Below are positions 63,360 to 64,000 of a DNA stretch of 64,000 nt, piece by piece (position 1 is the first letter of the stretch; each line of letters opens with the position of its first letter). The stretch covers positions 40,128 to 104,127 of the forward strand of contig JAIKVL010000016.1 of assembly GCA_024685775.1 (NCBI GenBank), written 5' to 3'. Below the pieces are notes generated by a model. That model searched no databases, was not told where the DNA came from, and saw only the letters and a list, made by a program, of their open reading frames with translations. Origin of the DNA: Clostridia bacterium (GTDB lineage: Bacteria; Bacillota; Clostridia; Christensenellales; CAG-1252). The position numbers and the translations under genes are program-made.

Positions 63360-63626
63360 ATGCCTAACATCAAATCCCAAAAGAAACGCGTGCTTATCAC
63401 CAAAGAAGAGTATCTTCGCAATAAGTCCATCCGTTCGGAAGTCAAGACCGCGATCAAGAAGTTCAACGCCGCGATCGCCGCGGGCGACGTAGCCCAAGCC
63501 GAAGCGCTTCTTCCCGTCACCGTTTCCGTTATCAATAAAGCCAAGAGCGACGGCGTCTATCATATCAACACCGCGTCCCGCAAAATCGCTTCTCTGAACA
63601 AGTCACTCAATTCCATCAAGGCGTAA
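63360..63626 (+). CDS. rpsT: 30S ribosomal protein S20
   Basis: The N-terminus is MPNIKSQKKRVLITKEEYLRNKSIRSEVKTAIKKF. AAAGGAG lies upstream. Confidence 0.95.
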   Translation: MPNIKSQKKRVLITKEEYLRNKSIRSEVKTAIKKFNAAIAAGDVAQAEALLPVTVSVINKAKSDGVYHINTASRKIASLNKSLNSIKA

Positions 63627-63629
63627 TCT

Positions 63630-64000
63630 ATGCCCGGTGTGAAAATCAACACGAAAGAAGACGCGTTTCGCCTTTTCGACGAAGCCGTAAAAGCGTTGAT
63701 CAACAGCAATTTCATCATAACGCAGAAGCCGATCACCGACCTTTTGAGATGCTTGATTTTCAGCGACAAACTTAACGCGTTCGTTTCGGACTGCGTTAAA
63801 GGGGTCAATTACGAAGAAGAATTCGAAAAAGCCGTCTCGGAAACCGAGTACGGCTCTTCGTTTACTCTTCCCCAAAGCAACAAACGGATCATCGCGCTCG
63901 TCACGGGGCTTCTCTCCGATTTCGACAACGGAAAGCGCTCGCTCACCGGTTTTTTGCGCGAGTTTTATCCCTCGAACGATAACAATCGAAAATACAAAAT
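63630..64000 (+). CDS. hypothetical protein, 3' end outside window
   Basis: Absent from the ORF track because it runs off the edge. ATG 63630 lies 3 nt after the rpsT stop. The frame stays open for 123 codons to the window end (MPGVKINTKEDAFRLFDEAVKALINSNF...). Codon usage looks like the neighbouring genes. I recognise no family. Confidence 0.5.
   Translation, partial: MPGVKINTKEDAFRLFDEAVKALINSNFIITQKPITDLLRCLIFSDKLNAFVSDCVKGVNYEEEFEKAVSETEYGSSFTLPQSNKRIIALVTGLLSDFDNGKRSLTGFLREFYPSNDNNRKYK

Overview
This 64-kb chromosomal window comes from a fairly high-GC Firmicute that probably forms spores. The Clostridia-like markers are gpr, whiA, hprK with a Crh-like HPr, cdaA and dnaE. I can support about 60 protein genes and one tRNA-Leu(CAA). 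Most genes lie on the minus strand in long housekeeping operons whose stop and start codons overlap by 1-22 nt. I saw no rRNA, no CRISPR array, no transposase and no integrase. Many long ORFs in the supplied track are antisense or out-of-frame artefacts of GC-rich coding DNA. Several track ORFs also carry spurious Arg-rich N-terminal extensions, which I trimmed to internal ATG starts preceded by Shine-Dalgarno sequences. Two genes are missing from the track because they run off the window edges: tag at 1-516 and a hypothetical gene at 63630-64000.

Four things deserve a second look:
- **Low-GC islet (5330-8177).** A sharply A+T-rich stretch sits between rlmD and a GGDEF gene. It carries one 899-aa protein: an unknown N-terminal domain, an SF1B UPF1/DNA2-like helicase core and a C-terminal DUF2726-type nuclease-fold domain. 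It is a candidate horizontally acquired single-gene defence module.
- **Repeat array between tRNA-Leu and purF (53860-54191).** The last 19-21 nt of the tRNA occur three times at roughly 155-nt spacing. The first two copies are each followed by a different but perfectly paired terminator hairpin and then an identical 29-nt module. That module contains the exact complement of the T-arm. purF itself sits directly behind a strong terminator with no riboswitch I can recognise.
- **DUF5685 module (24604-26608).** Three genes are translationally coupled to thrC-trpS: a DUF5685 protein, an HPD-less J-like/TPR-like protein with a poly-Cys tail, and a polytopic membrane protein.
- **DUF1385::PrmC fusion (32064-33848).** A single ORF joins DUF1385 to PrmC inside the rpmE-prmC-prfA cluster.

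All domain calls come from motif recognition by eye. No database search was run.
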